This document shows positions 1 to 9,270 of a stretch of DNA of 64,000 bases, one piece after another. The position numbers were made by a program, and so were the translations under genes. The stretch covers positions 96,001 to 160,000 of the forward strand of contig JAWABJ010000001.1 in NCBI GenBank assembly GCA_038884755.1, in the 5' to 3' direction. This DNA is from Candidatus Norongarragalinales archaeon (GTDB lineage: Archaea > Micrarchaeota > Micrarchaeia > Norongarragalinales > Norongarragalinaceae). Below the pieces are notes generated by a model. That model saw only the letters and a program-made list of their open reading frames with translations. It ran no database searches and had not been told where the DNA came from. Every line of letters starts with the position of its first letter. The first letter of the stretch is position 1.

Positions 1-2
1 AC

Positions 3-344
3 TTGGTTTTGGGGAAAGTAGAGGATTTGTTCGACCAAGTGGCTTTGGTGAGCTTCCAGCCTTTGGAGAAAAACATAGCTTCTTCGGTCGACCGGGCGTT
101 CTTGAGGATTTCTGAAATCAGGGGGCGCGCCGGCGGGTTCGTAGATAATTTCAAGGAATTCCTGCGCATTGGCGACTTGATTCGCGCGCGGGTTATCGAA
201 GTCACGGATTTGGGTGTTTACCTTACCATTGCGGAAAACGGGCTGGGTGTTTTGAAGGCTTTTTGCACCACGTGCAGGATGGAGTTGAACGAGAATTTGG
301 AGTGCAAGACTTGCATGCACAGGGAAAGGAGGAAGATGGCATGA
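3..344 (+). CDS. csl4: Exosome RNA-binding subunit Csl4 (5'-truncated by window edge)
   Basis: S1-like domain (GDLIRARVI) followed by LGVLKAFC-x2-C...C-x2-C...ERRKMA zinc ribbon; adjacent to rpoL as usual in archaea. Confidence 0.9.
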   Translation: MVLGKVEDLFDQVALVSFQPLEKNIASSVDRAFLRISEIRGRAGGFVDNFKEFLRIGDLIRARVIEVTDLGVYLTIAENGLGVLKAFCTTCRMELNENLECKTCMHRERRKMA

Positions 345-610
345 GCGAAAAAAAGGGTTTGAAGTTTTTGGCCGAGGAAAAGGATTCGATTTTCGTCTTG
401 CTTGAAGGCTACGACTTGGGCTTTGCGAATTTGCTTGTTGAAAAGCTTTTGCAGGACAAGGCCGTGGGCTTCGCGGCAGTGGAATACGCCCACCCGACGC
501 AGCGCACGCCCGTCTTGAAGGTCGGAGCGAAAAACCCCAAGAAGGCCGTCGTCGACGCTTTGGGCGAGATGAGGAAGGAGCTTTCCTCTCTGAAAATCTC
601 GAAACGCTGA
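341..610 (+). CDS. rpoL: RNA polymerase subunit L (Rpo11)
   Basis: ATG at 341 overlaps csl4 stop; FANLL...V.FAA...HP motif; csl4-rpoL synteny. Confidence 0.85.
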   Translation: MSEKKGLKFLAEEKDSIFVLLEGYDLGFANLLVEKLLQDKAVGFAAVEYAHPTQRTPVLKVGAKNPKKAVVDALGEMRKELSSLKISKR

Positions 611-616
611 GCCGAA

Positions 617-1387
617 ATGAAAAAAAAGCGTTCTCCAGCCATTTTAAGCGCGTCTTTTTCAGCATCGCACGTTTTGTTCGCCCTGCTCGCGTTGAGCATA
701 GGCGCGTATGTCCTCACGCAAAACGTGTTGTTCGCCTTCGCGTCTTTCGCCTTGATAATAAGCTTGTTTGTTTCAGATTTTTCTGTCGAGCAAGGCTGGA
801 AGCAGAACGCTCTCGAACTCGCCTACGCGCTCGGCTTTGCCGTTGCAGCGTGGTTTTTGCTTGGCTTCGCGTTGCAAACAGATTCTCCCATAAACGTAGT
901 CACGTCGTGCTCGATGCTTCCTTCGCTGCAACGGGGGGATTTGGTTTTCATCCAAGGTGGAAGCGTGAAAGCGCCCGAAGTGCAAGCGCCTTTCGAAGAA
1001 CTGCGTTCAGTGAAAGTGAGGAAGGGCGTGTGTTATTTGAATTCAGTTCCGCTGCAGTGCACCGACCGGGTTTTGGTCGCTAACGAGACGATAGACGAGG
1101 GTTTGGACAACGACATCATCGTTTTCGACCCCAAACCCACCGGACCAGGCTTGCTCATCCACCGGGCTTTCGCGAAAATACGCACCGAGCAAGGGGTTTT
1201 TTTCTTGACGAAGGGCGACAACAATGCGGTTCTCGACCAGGAGAACGGGCGGTTTTCTTTCGTGGCAGAGAAGGACGTGAAAGGCAGGGTTGTGCTTGCA
1301 ATTCCTTACGTTGGATACCTCAAACTGTTTTTGTTCCTGCAGTTCGAAGTGCCCCCCGGCTGCGATTCGGTTTTGATGCGCGCGTGA
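617..1387 (+). CDS. Signal peptidase I, archaeal Sec11-like (S26B)
   Basis: N-terminal TM helices; VVTSCSMLPSLQRGD (Ser), IHR (His), TKGDNN motifs. Confidence 0.9.
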   Translation: MKKKRSPAILSASFSASHVLFALLALSIGAYVLTQNVLFAFASFALIISLFVSDFSVEQGWKQNALELAYALGFAVAAWFLLGFALQTDSPINVVTSCSMLPSLQRGDLVFIQGGSVKAPEVQAPFEELRSVKVRKGVCYLNSVPLQCTDRVLVANETIDEGLDNDIIVFDPKPTGPGLLIHRAFAKIRTEQGVFFLTKGDNNAVLDQENGRFSFVAEKDVKGRVVLAIPYVGYLKLFLFLQFEVPPGCDSVLMRA

Positions 1388-1457
1388 AAAGCGGAAGAAA
1401 AAGTCTTTTTAACTCTTTCCTACGCTAGATATACGCTTTGTTTTTCAATGCGCAAGG

Positions 1458-2213
1458 ATGGTGGGAGTGCAAATGGAACTGGTGATTTCAGACGCTTCTT
1501 TCTTCAAAAAATGCGTGGACGCGATAGTGAACCTCGTCGACGAGGGCACGTTCCTGGTCTCCTCTGACGGCATCCATTTGCGCACTATGGATCCTTCGCA
1601 AATCGCGATGGTCGACTTCGTTCTGCCCAAAACTGCTTTCTCTAAAATCGAGGTTGACGAAAAAACCAGCGTGGGCGTCAACCTCGCCGATTTGAGCAAG
1701 ATTCTCGCGAGAACGCGCGCAGGCGAAAAACTGAGCGTGAGCGTGGACGAGAAGGATTCCAAGCTGCTTTTGGAATTCTCAGGAGGCTCGCGCAGGCACT
1801 TCAAGCTTCCTTTGCTAGAATCTTCTTCCGCCTTGCCTAAAGAGCCTAAGGTGGAGTTCGACGCGAACGTGAAAATCAAGGGAAGGCACTTCAAGGACAT
1901 TCTGCATGACGCGGGGCTTTTGTCGAGCCACGTTGTATTGCAAGCTGAAGATTCGGAATTCGTAGTGGAAGCGCACGGCGACAGCGGCGATTTGCATGTG
2001 CAGACCAAGAAAGACAGCCTTTCGGGAATGAGCACGAAAGGCAAAAGCCGTGCAATGTTTCCCTTCCAGTATCTAGACGACATAACCAGAGCTTGTCCTG
2101 ATGAAGCGGACGTTAACGTTGACATGAAGAGCGATGCGCCAGTCAAGATTTCTTACGAAATAAGCGACGCGAAGATTGCTTACTATTTGGCGCCTCGCGT
2201 TGAAAGCATTTGA
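1458..2213 (+). CDS. pcn: DNA polymerase sliding clamp PCNA
   Basis: MDPSQIAMVD and C-terminal YYLAPRVE motifs; 251 aa. Confidence 0.97.
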   Translation: MVGVQMELVISDASFFKKCVDAIVNLVDEGTFLVSSDGIHLRTMDPSQIAMVDFVLPKTAFSKIEVDEKTSVGVNLADLSKILARTRAGEKLSVSVDEKDSKLLLEFSGGSRRHFKLPLLESSSALPKEPKVEFDANVKIKGRHFKDILHDAGLLSSHVVLQAEDSEFVVEAHGDSGDLHVQTKKDSLSGMSTKGKSRAMFPFQYLDDITRACPDEADVNVDMKSDAPVKISYEISDAKIAYYLAPRVESI

Positions 2214-2298
2214 GCGGTTTTCCTGCGCAATGCTTTATGGCGGCGGTTTATGCTCTCCTAGCTCCTTTTTTATATTCCTGGTGCCAGTTTTCTATACC

Positions 2299-3447
2299 AT
2301 GCTTGAAGAGTCCGACCCGCTTGAAAGCGAGATAGTGCGCGCGCACTCCACCAACTTCCACTTCGAGCACGAATCCACTAGAAGAGATGCGGTGGAAAAA
2401 ATCAAGGACGCTTTCCAGTTTGCGAAGGGCTACATGACTGGAACAAGGAAGAGCGGCAAGCCTGAACTCTCGCATTCTGCGGAAGTGGCGTTGATGCTGG
2501 CTAGGCACGGTCATCCCACCGATCGGATTGTTGCGGGTTTGCTTCACGACCTTCCGGAAGACCATGACGTTCGCATAGACGCAATACGCGATTTGTTCGG
2601 CGAAGAAGTCGCTTCGATGGTTTTCTTGAACACCAACCCCCGGCTTTTGGTTGACGAGAAAGGAAATGAGGTTTTGGGGAAAGGAAAAAAACGGCAGTGG
2701 ATTTTCGCCGACGACGAGCGTTTCTACCGCCTTTCCGACTCGCTTCCCAGATATGCGCCTAAAAAGGAAGAGGCAGTCCGCCGCGAGAGAAACGAAGTGA
2801 AGTACGATAAGCTTGAGCGCGAGGGAAAGGTTGACCCGTGGATAATAAAGATTTACGATTCGCACAACAACCTCGAGGACTTGGACGCTCTCCCTCCGGA
2901 CAGGCAGGACGAGTACGGGCGCGTTTTCCTCGAACGCATAGCCCCGATTTTAAACCGCCTGGACCCTCGCTCGTTGGACCACATAATGTCTTTGCTCGAA
3001 GACCGCCTGGGAAAAGGAAAGATAGACCGCCCTCCTTCAAAACCGTCTTTCGACGTTCCATACCGCATCCTCCCGCCGCGAAAAAACGTGGTCATCAGGG
3101 ACTTGCCGCCGTACAACGAAAAAAGCATTTTGATTTACACGTCTTCCGAGCCGCACAACGAGTTTGAGATAGAAATCCCGCGAAAGTACGAAACGACCAT
3201 GACCGAGGTTTTGGTGGAAAACCTGCTGAGGCCCATGCTTTTGAAGCACTCGGTTTCGCTTTTGGGCAGGTTCATGGGCGAAAGCGCTGGGCACATTTTC
3301 AGGATAAAGCTCGGGCAAGAAGTTTCAAGAGAACGGTGGAAAGAGTTTTTGAGGGATGTTTCCGCATTCCACGCGCAATACATAGCCGACACTCCCCCAA
3401 AACACCTTTCGAGAATCACTAACGAGTGGCGCAGGCTTGTCGAATAA
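2299..3447 (+). CDS. HD-domain protein, RelA/SpoT hydrolase-like N-terminus plus unknown C-terminal region
   Basis: RKSGKP..SH..EVA, AGLLHDLPED and KIYD..NNL motifs; ATG at 2299 chosen as start. Confidence 0.75.
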   Translation: MLEESDPLESEIVRAHSTNFHFEHESTRRDAVEKIKDAFQFAKGYMTGTRKSGKPELSHSAEVALMLARHGHPTDRIVAGLLHDLPEDHDVRIDAIRDLFGEEVASMVFLNTNPRLLVDEKGNEVLGKGKKRQWIFADDERFYRLSDSLPRYAPKKEEAVRRERNEVKYDKLEREGKVDPWIIKIYDSHNNLEDLDALPPDRQDEYGRVFLERIAPILNRLDPRSLDHIMSLLEDRLGKGKIDRPPSKPSFDVPYRILPPRKNVVIRDLPPYNEKSILIYTSSEPHNEFEIEIPRKYETTMTEVLVENLLRPMLLKHSVSLLGRFMGESAGHIFRIKLGQEVSRERWKEFLRDVSAFHAQYIADTPPKHLSRITNEWRRLVE

Positions 3448-3513
3448 CTGCTGCATTTCCATCAATTCAATTAAATACCCTTTCGCACCTGAAAGTTTTC
3501 CTGGTGGGTTTTT

Positions 3514-4359
3514 GTGGATTCCAAGCTTATTGCAAAATATCCGTTTTTGGCCGGGGCAAAAGAACTGGTGGGCGGAGAAGTTTCTGAAACAGACTTGAAG
3601 GAAGCGATTACTTTCGCGAGAGACTGCTTCCAGCACGAAGAACATGTAGTGAAAGACGCGTCGCGCGAAGCGAAAAGCCTTTTGCTCTCGCGCATAATGC
3701 TTTGTTCGCTCGGGCTGGGCTTCCTGCGGAAATTCGCGTTCCTCAAGGCGCGCGAGTACGCGCGGCTTTTGGAGAAGGAGGAAGGCAAGGTTTTGGTGGA
3801 AATAGCGAAAGACTTTTTCCCCTCGCTCGAGAAGGCAGAGGGTGGATTCAGGGTTTCGATGGTCGAGTATTTGCAGTACGGACGCAGCTTGCCGCGGGCG
3901 AACGTCTTGAAGGGGATGGTTTTCTTCGACGAGGGGGAATTGCGAGCGTGCTTGCGAGAGGCGATTCAAGAGCGGATTGCGGATTCGGAAAAGCTTTCGT
4001 CAAAGCTTCCGGAAAACGTTTCTGGAGCGGCGCAAAAGCTCCGGGAATTTGTGCCGCGCGATTTCACTTCCCAGTTCAAGGGAAAGCTCTTGCAGCGGGG
4101 CGAATTGCAAAACATCCTAAAGGGCGTGGGTGAAGGCAAAAGGTATTACGGGGCTATGGCGGTTGCGATAGCGTGCTTGAAAGACGGGCTTTCGCGCGAT
4201 GAAGCGGCGGACGTGATGGGGTCTTACGTGGCTAATTGCGGCAAAGGCGCGCATCCTTTCACCCCGCGCGAGGGCGATGCCGTGGTGGACTGGGTTTACG
4301 CCCACCCCAACATAGGCTTTTCTTTCAGCGTGTTGAAGTCGCAAGGGCTCGTAGACTGA
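3514..4359 (+). CDS. priL: DNA primase large subunit (PriL-like, C-terminal domain lacks Fe-S cysteines)
   Basis: N-terminal AKYPFL..AK motif, KGMVFF motif; directly upstream of priS. Confidence 0.8.
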   Translation: MDSKLIAKYPFLAGAKELVGGEVSETDLKEAITFARDCFQHEEHVVKDASREAKSLLLSRIMLCSLGLGFLRKFAFLKAREYARLLEKEEGKVLVEIAKDFFPSLEKAEGGFRVSMVEYLQYGRSLPRANVLKGMVFFDEGELRACLREAIQERIADSEKLSSKLPENVSGAAQKLREFVPRDFTSQFKGKLLQRGELQNILKGVGEGKRYYGAMAVAIACLKDGLSRDEAADVMGSYVANCGKGAHPFTPREGDAVVDWVYAHPNIGFSFSVLKSQGLVD

Positions 4360-4363
4360 GGTT

Positions 4364-5491
4364 ATGCAAATGGAGCATGCCGAATCCATCGCTTTCGTTC
4401 AGGAAAAATTTTCCGCTTTCTACTCGAACCGCGATTTGGCCGTTCCAGACGTGCACAAGCGCGAGTTCGGCTTTGGTACGCATAAAAAAATCGACTTTAG
4501 GCACAAGGCGTTCCGCACCAGCGCCGAGCTCAACGCATATATACGCCAGAATGCGCCTCTGTTCGCTTCTTATTCGACCGCACTGTACGAGTTTCCGGAC
4601 GCGCGGCCCATGGAGCGGAAGGTTTTCATGGGCAGTGACTTAGTTTTCGACATAGACGCGCCTACGCATTCTTTCGCGCACGAGCACAATGAAATCTTTT
4701 GCGTGGAGTGCTTCGGGCGGGTGAAGAAAGACTCGGTGCGCATAATGGATTACTTGCGGGACGACTTCGGTTTCAAAGGCGTTTCCTTGAACTATTCCGG
4801 CAACAAAGGATTCCACTTCCACCTGCGCTCGGACGAAATACGCTCTTTGTCCCAAGACTCGCGCAGGCAGCTTACCGAATACTTGACCGGTCCGGAAAGC
4901 CTTTTTATTGCAGGAGAAGAGAAAGGCAAGGACACCGAACTGCGTGGGCCTTCGGAAAAATCCTTCGGCTGGGGGAAAAAGTTTTTCGACCACGCTTTCG
5001 CTTTCGTCGAAGGGGCTTCGCTAGGCGAGCTCAAGGAAAAAGGCCTGCGGGGGAGGGGCGCGGAAGAGTTTTTCTTGAAAAAAAAGACGGTCCTCGAGCT
5101 CATGCGCAAGGGAAAGTGGGCTTTCGCGCCGAAAAAGTTTTGGGACGCGCTTTACGCCGAGTTCAAGGGCGAGAACGGCGTGGGCGTGGACGCGCACGTT
5201 ACTCTGGATTTGGCGCGCTTGATTCGCATTCCGGGTTCGCTGCACGGCGAGACTGCCTTGTGCGCAAGGGTCGTCGATGCGGAAAGGCTGCCGGAATTTT
5301 CGCTTCGCGAGTGCGTGGTTTTTTCGAGCGAAAAGACTATTAACATACTTCCGCAAATCGATATTGCGCTTGACTTTCCCGAGCGGCTGTTTTTGAAGAA
5401 AAACGAGCCTTGCGAGGTGTCCCTCGCTTCGGGTTTGTTCCTGCTGTGCAAAGGCAAGGCTACGCTCTTGCTTCGCGAGAAAACTTGGTGA
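4364..5491 (+). CDS. priS: DNA primase catalytic small subunit
   Basis: REFGF, DLVFDID, YSGNKGFH, D..VT.D..RLIRIPGSLH motifs. Confidence 0.96.
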   Translation: MQMEHAESIAFVQEKFSAFYSNRDLAVPDVHKREFGFGTHKKIDFRHKAFRTSAELNAYIRQNAPLFASYSTALYEFPDARPMERKVFMGSDLVFDIDAPTHSFAHEHNEIFCVECFGRVKKDSVRIMDYLRDDFGFKGVSLNYSGNKGFHFHLRSDEIRSLSQDSRRQLTEYLTGPESLFIAGEEKGKDTELRGPSEKSFGWGKKFFDHAFAFVEGASLGELKEKGLRGRGAEEFFLKKKTVLELMRKGKWAFAPKKFWDALYAEFKGENGVGVDAHVTLDLARLIRIPGSLHGETALCARVVDAERLPEFSLRECVVFSSEKTINILPQIDIALDFPERLFLKKNEPCEVSLASGLFLLCKGKATLLLREKTW

Positions 5492-5510
5492 AAGTGGGGG
5501 TGGTGAGGAG

Positions 5511-6026
5511 GTGGAATTGTCCGAAGCCAATTACGTTAATTACGATTTCCTCCGCAGCGTCCTTTCTTCGGAACGCTCGCAAAGCGGCCTCGAGCAGGTG
5601 AAGGAAGATTTTTTCTTGCAGTGCGCGGGTTTCCTGAAAGTGCAGGAGGACGGCTTGAGGGAAAATTTTTCCATCGAGCAGGCGAAGGTTTTGGAAAACT
5701 CGAGAAAGATAGTTGCGGAAGTGAAAGACATTCGCCTGCGAAAGATTTTGTTCAAGGCTTTCAAGGACTTGGAGGCGGGGACGGTTAATTCATCGGGGCT
5801 TTCGTCCGAGGAAAAGGAATTCTACCGGTCGGTGCTTTCGCTCTTGAGTTCGTACAAGCAGGACAAGCGGATTGAAGGCGTGAAAGTCAAGGTTTTGGTG
5901 GACTTGCCGGAAATGCAGTCGCCGGAAGGCGGTTCTTTCGGCCCGTTTTCGGTAGGGCAAATCGCGAGCCTGAACCCTCTGTTCGCGGAATTGCTGCTGC
6001 AGAAAAACGTGGTTGAAAAATTGTGA
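5511..6026 (+). CDS. GINS complex protein (Gins51/Gins15 type)
   Basis: Helical A-domain (R.RKI, LS.EEKEFY) followed by beta B-domain (GPFSVGQIASL...A.LL); position after priS. Confidence 0.85.
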   Translation: MELSEANYVNYDFLRSVLSSERSQSGLEQVKEDFFLQCAGFLKVQEDGLRENFSIEQAKVLENSRKIVAEVKDIRLRKILFKAFKDLEAGTVNSSGLSSEEKEFYRSVLSLLSSYKQDKRIEGVKVKVLVDLPEMQSPEGGSFGPFSVGQIASLNPLFAELLLQKNVVEKL

Positions 6027-6043
6027 AAAGGTGAAAAAGCAAA

Positions 6044-6331
6044 ATGATAGTTCCGAAACAAAAAAGGGCGTACTGCCCCAACTGCAGGAAGTCGACGTCC
6101 CACAAGGTGAAGGTTTCGACTAGCAAGTACAAGCCGGGAAGGGCGATGGCTTGGGGCACTCGAAAGCACGACCGCAAGCTCGCGGGTTTTCACGGGAAAG
6201 TAAAGGGCAAGGCGAAGGTAAAGAAACAGGGAATCCGCAACAAGCTCATGCTCGAGTGCACCGTATGCGGCAAGAAGCACGAGCGCGTGATAAGCGGGAG
6301 AATGAAGAAAAAAGCAGAGTTGGTGAAGTAA
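6044..6331 (+). CDS. rpl44e: 50S ribosomal protein L44e
   Basis: PK...YCPNC...H.V and ECTVCGK zinc motifs, basic. Confidence 0.95.
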   Translation: MIVPKQKRAYCPNCRKSTSHKVKVSTSKYKPGRAMAWGTRKHDRKLAGFHGKVKGKAKVKKQGIRNKLMLECTVCGKKHERVISGRMKKKAELVK

Positions 6332-6352
6332 AGCTGAAAGGTGGTTTTGAAA

Positions 6353-6514
6353 ATGGGTTCTTTCTTGCACGTGAAGTGCGATTGCGGAGAGGAGAGCACG
6401 GTTTACGGAGATTCTAAAAGCGCGGTCAACTGCAAGAAATGCGGCAATGTGCTGGCGCAGCCCAGGGGAGGGCGCGCCAAAATCCACGCGCGCATCCTAG
6501 AGGTATTGCCTTGA
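6353..6514 (+). CDS. rps27e: 30S ribosomal protein S27e (not in ORF track)
   Basis: Hand translation MGSFLHVKCDCGEESTVYGDSKSAVNCKKCGNVLAQPRGGRAKIHARILEVLP; L44e-S27e-aIF2alpha synteny. Confidence 0.93.
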   Translation: MGSFLHVKCDCGEESTVYGDSKSAVNCKKCGNVLAQPRGGRAKIHARILEVLP

Positions 6515-7263
6515 TGGTTTTCCCGCAGCTGGACGAATTCGTCGTAGGAAAGGTAAAGAAAGTACTGCCTTTCGGAGCCATCATAGGGCTGGAAGAGTAC
6601 GGCGGGCTCGAGTCTTTCGTGCACATATCCGAAGTTTCTTCAGGCTGGATTCGAAACATACGCGAGCACTTGAAGGAATCGCAGATAGTCGTAGGGAAAG
6701 TCGTTGCGCTGGACACTTCGAAAAACCAGGTTGACCTTTCCATAAAACGCGTTTCCGAGGCCGAGAAAAAGCGCAAACTGGAAGCGTGGCAGAACTCCAA
6801 GCGCGCTCAAAAGCTTTTGGAAATCACGCTAGCGAAGTCGGGAAAGACCATGCGGCAGGTGGAGGCGGAAGTAAAAGCGTTGGTGGGCGAGTTCGGCTCT
6901 TTGTACGACGTTTTCGACGAGTTAGCCAAGGGGACCGAAGCAAAAGCGAAGGTTTCGAAAGCGCTTTTGGCGTCGCTCGAGGAAACGGCAAAAAAGGAAA
7001 TAAAGCCCAAGCAGTTTTCCGTGCGCAGGGTCCTCAAAATCTTTTCTTACGCTCCCAACGGCGTCGAGGAAGTGAAGAAGATGGTTTCGGAAATCTCTTC
7101 CCTCGGTGCGAAAGTGCATTACGTGGGCGCGCCGCGTTATTTTGTTGACATAACTTCCGTCGACCCGAAGGGCGCCGAAAAGGCGATGCAGAAAATCGAG
7201 GGTTTCCTCGAGAAAAGCGCCAAGGGCGCAGAAGTGGAATGGAGTTTGGAAAAGGAAAAGTGA
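6514..7263 (+). CDS. eif2a: Translation initiation factor aIF2 alpha
   Basis: S1 domain with HISEVSSGWIRNIRE, VDLSIKRV, GAPRY; ATG overlaps S27e stop (TGATG). Confidence 0.95.
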   Translation: MVFPQLDEFVVGKVKKVLPFGAIIGLEEYGGLESFVHISEVSSGWIRNIREHLKESQIVVGKVVALDTSKNQVDLSIKRVSEAEKKRKLEAWQNSKRAQKLLEITLAKSGKTMRQVEAEVKALVGEFGSLYDVFDELAKGTEAKAKVSKALLASLEETAKKEIKPKQFSVRRVLKIFSYAPNGVEEVKKMVSEISSLGAKVHYVGAPRYFVDITSVDPKGAEKAMQKIEGFLEKSAKGAEVEWSLEKEK

Positions 7264-7270
7264 TTTCCGG

Positions 7271-7414
7271 ATGAAGCTTGCGAAATGCGCCGCTTGCGGC
7301 GCGTTCACAATGAAAGAAGAACACTGCTCTCGAAAAACGGTTTCCGCGCATCCGGCGAAGTTTTCGTTCGCAGACAAGTACGCAGCGTACCGGCGCAAGG
7401 CGAAATTCGGCTGA
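7271..7414 (+). CDS. nop10: H/ACA RNP protein Nop10 (not in ORF track)
   Basis: Hand translation MKLAKCAACGAFTMKEEHCSRKTVSAHPAKFSFADKYAAYRRKAKFG; HP.KFS..DKY..YRR motif; synteny. Confidence 0.93.
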   Translation: MKLAKCAACGAFTMKEEHCSRKTVSAHPAKFSFADKYAAYRRKAKFG

Positions 7415-7482
7415 GCGCCCAATCGGGTTTTTATTGCCTGCTTTCCTAAGTCTTCTAGTTTCTCTAGATTCCGGTGGGTTTA

Positions 7483-8271
7483 ATGGCTTATCCTTCTTTC
7501 ACTGAATCTTTCATTCGCATCAAGAAAAAGCCGGCTTTGCGCAAGCCTTTGCTAATCGTGGGCTTGCCGGGCGTGGGGTTGGTTTCAAAACTCGCCGTAG
7601 ACCATCTTGTCACGGAGTTCAAAGCGGAAAAAATCGCCACTCTCTATTCTCCGCATTTTCCCAACCAGGTTTTGGCGATGAAAAGCGGGAGGCTGCGCTC
7701 GTTTTCGATAGGGTTTTACGTGAAGAAGTTCAAAAACCGCGACGTGCTTTTCGTGCGGGGGGATTTGCAACCTTTAACGGTCGAAGGGCAGTTCGAGGTT
7801 GCTGCCAAAATCTTGGATTTCGCCAGGCAGGCTGGTTGCACCGAGGCGATAGCGATGGCGGGCTACGCGACGCCCGAGAAAAAGGCGAAGCCGGGCATAT
7901 ACTGCGCTTGCACCAACCAAGAGTTGTTCAAAAGGATGGTTTCGTTGGGTGCGCGCAACGCGGGTAAAGTGGTGCCGATCGTCGGAATGGCAGGTTTGCT
8001 TCCTGCAATGTCCAAGCTTTACTCGATGAAAGGATGCTGTTTGCTCGTGGAAACGCCGGGAACCCCCATGGACGCAGCCGGGGCGAAAGCTCTCTTGGAA
8101 TTGATTTCGAAAATCGTGGGGCAGAAAATGGAGTTCGCCCATTTGGACGACCGGGTGAAAAAAGCGGAAAAGCTTTTCAAGAAAATCCAGCCTCCGCAAG
8201 CTTCGCCCACCATGCAACCGCCCGCGATTCCAGACGCAATAGAGAAAGACGCGTTGCGCTACATACGGTGA
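7483..8271 (+). CDS. PAC2-family proteasome assembly chaperone-like protein
   Basis: GLPGVGLVSKLA, YSPHFP, GDLQP motifs; conserved position after nop10. Confidence 0.9.
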   Translation: MAYPSFTESFIRIKKKPALRKPLLIVGLPGVGLVSKLAVDHLVTEFKAEKIATLYSPHFPNQVLAMKSGRLRSFSIGFYVKKFKNRDVLFVRGDLQPLTVEGQFEVAAKILDFARQAGCTEAIAMAGYATPEKKAKPGIYCACTNQELFKRMVSLGARNAGKVVPIVGMAGLLPAMSKLYSMKGCCLLVETPGTPMDAAGAKALLELISKIVGQKMEFAHLDDRVKKAEKLFKKIQPPQASPTMQPPAIPDAIEKDALRYIR

Positions 8272-8276
8272 GAATA

Positions 8277-9236
8277 ATGCTGGAAATGGCTTTGCTTACA
8301 GGAAACTCGAACCCCGCGCTTGCGGAGAAGATAGCCTCGAGCTTGAAAAAAAAGCTCGTGCCGTGCACGGTGGGACGTTTTTCCGACGGCGAGATAAGCA
8401 TTTCCATCGATGAAAGCCTGCGGGGGAAGCATGTTTTCGTGATACAAAGCGTGTGCGATTCTTTGCTGAAGGGCGGCGAGAGGATTTCCGTCAACGACAG
8501 CCTCATGGAGCTTTTGGTTTTGCTTGACGCAGTCCGGAGGGACAACGCGGAGAAGATAACCGCCGTGATTCCCTACCTGGGTTATTCTAGGCAGGACAGG
8601 AAGGCAAAGCCGCGAGAGCCCATTACTGCAAAGCTTGTGGTTGACTTGATTGCAAAGCGCGGGGTTCACGACTTGATTTCGGTCGATTTGCATTCGGACC
8701 AAATCGAGGGGTTCGTGGACTGCTATTTCGGCAACATTACCGTCTCCCAGCTCGTTCCGGAACACGTCAAGAAAATCGGTTTTGGAAGCAACACCGTTGT
8801 GGTTTCGCCGGACAGCGGCGGCGCCAAGCGCGCGAAGAGGCTTGCGGACAGGCTGAGCGGTGAAATGGCCATTGTGCACAAGCACCGCCCGAAGCCCAAC
8901 GCTTCTCTCGTGACTCACGTGGTCGGGGATGTAGAGGGTAAGAACGCCTTGCTCTTTGACGATATCGTGGACACTGCCGGTTCGCTTGCCAACGCTGTGC
9001 AAGCGTGCGTGGACAACGGGGCGGCTAGGGTAGTCGCTTTCGCGACCCACCCGATTTTGTCCGGCGACGCGGTCGAAAAAATCGAAGAGTCTCCGCTGGA
9101 AAAGCTGTTCGTGACCGACACGATTCCCTTAAAGCGTTCGAGCAAGAAAATCGAGGTCGTCAGCGTGGCGCCGACCATCGCAAGCGTCACCGATCGGGTT
9201 TACAAGGGCGAGAGCGTAAGCGTGCTGTTCAAGTGA
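8277..9236 (+). CDS. prs: Ribose-phosphate pyrophosphokinase (copy 1, class I-like)
   Basis: FSDGE, PYLGYSRQDRK, DLHSDQI.GF, VSPDSGG, DDIVDTAGS, ESVSVLF terminus. Confidence 0.95.
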   Translation: MLEMALLTGNSNPALAEKIASSLKKKLVPCTVGRFSDGEISISIDESLRGKHVFVIQSVCDSLLKGGERISVNDSLMELLVLLDAVRRDNAEKITAVIPYLGYSRQDRKAKPREPITAKLVVDLIAKRGVHDLISVDLHSDQIEGFVDCYFGNITVSQLVPEHVKKIGFGSNTVVVSPDSGGAKRAKRLADRLSGEMAIVHKHRPKPNASLVTHVVGDVEGKNALLFDDIVDTAGSLANAVQACVDNGAARVVAFATHPILSGDAVEKIEESPLEKLFVTDTIPLKRSSKKIEVVSVAPTIASVTDRVYKGESVSVLFK

Positions 9237-9270
9237 GCTTTTAATTCCTTCTCGCGCAATTCTATCTTTG

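Noticed and set aside
2176..2298. N-terminal extensions given by the ORF track (also 8034, 9641, 16921, 6439, 59521)
   Set aside because: They overlap upstream genes or promoters; downstream starts match family N-termini
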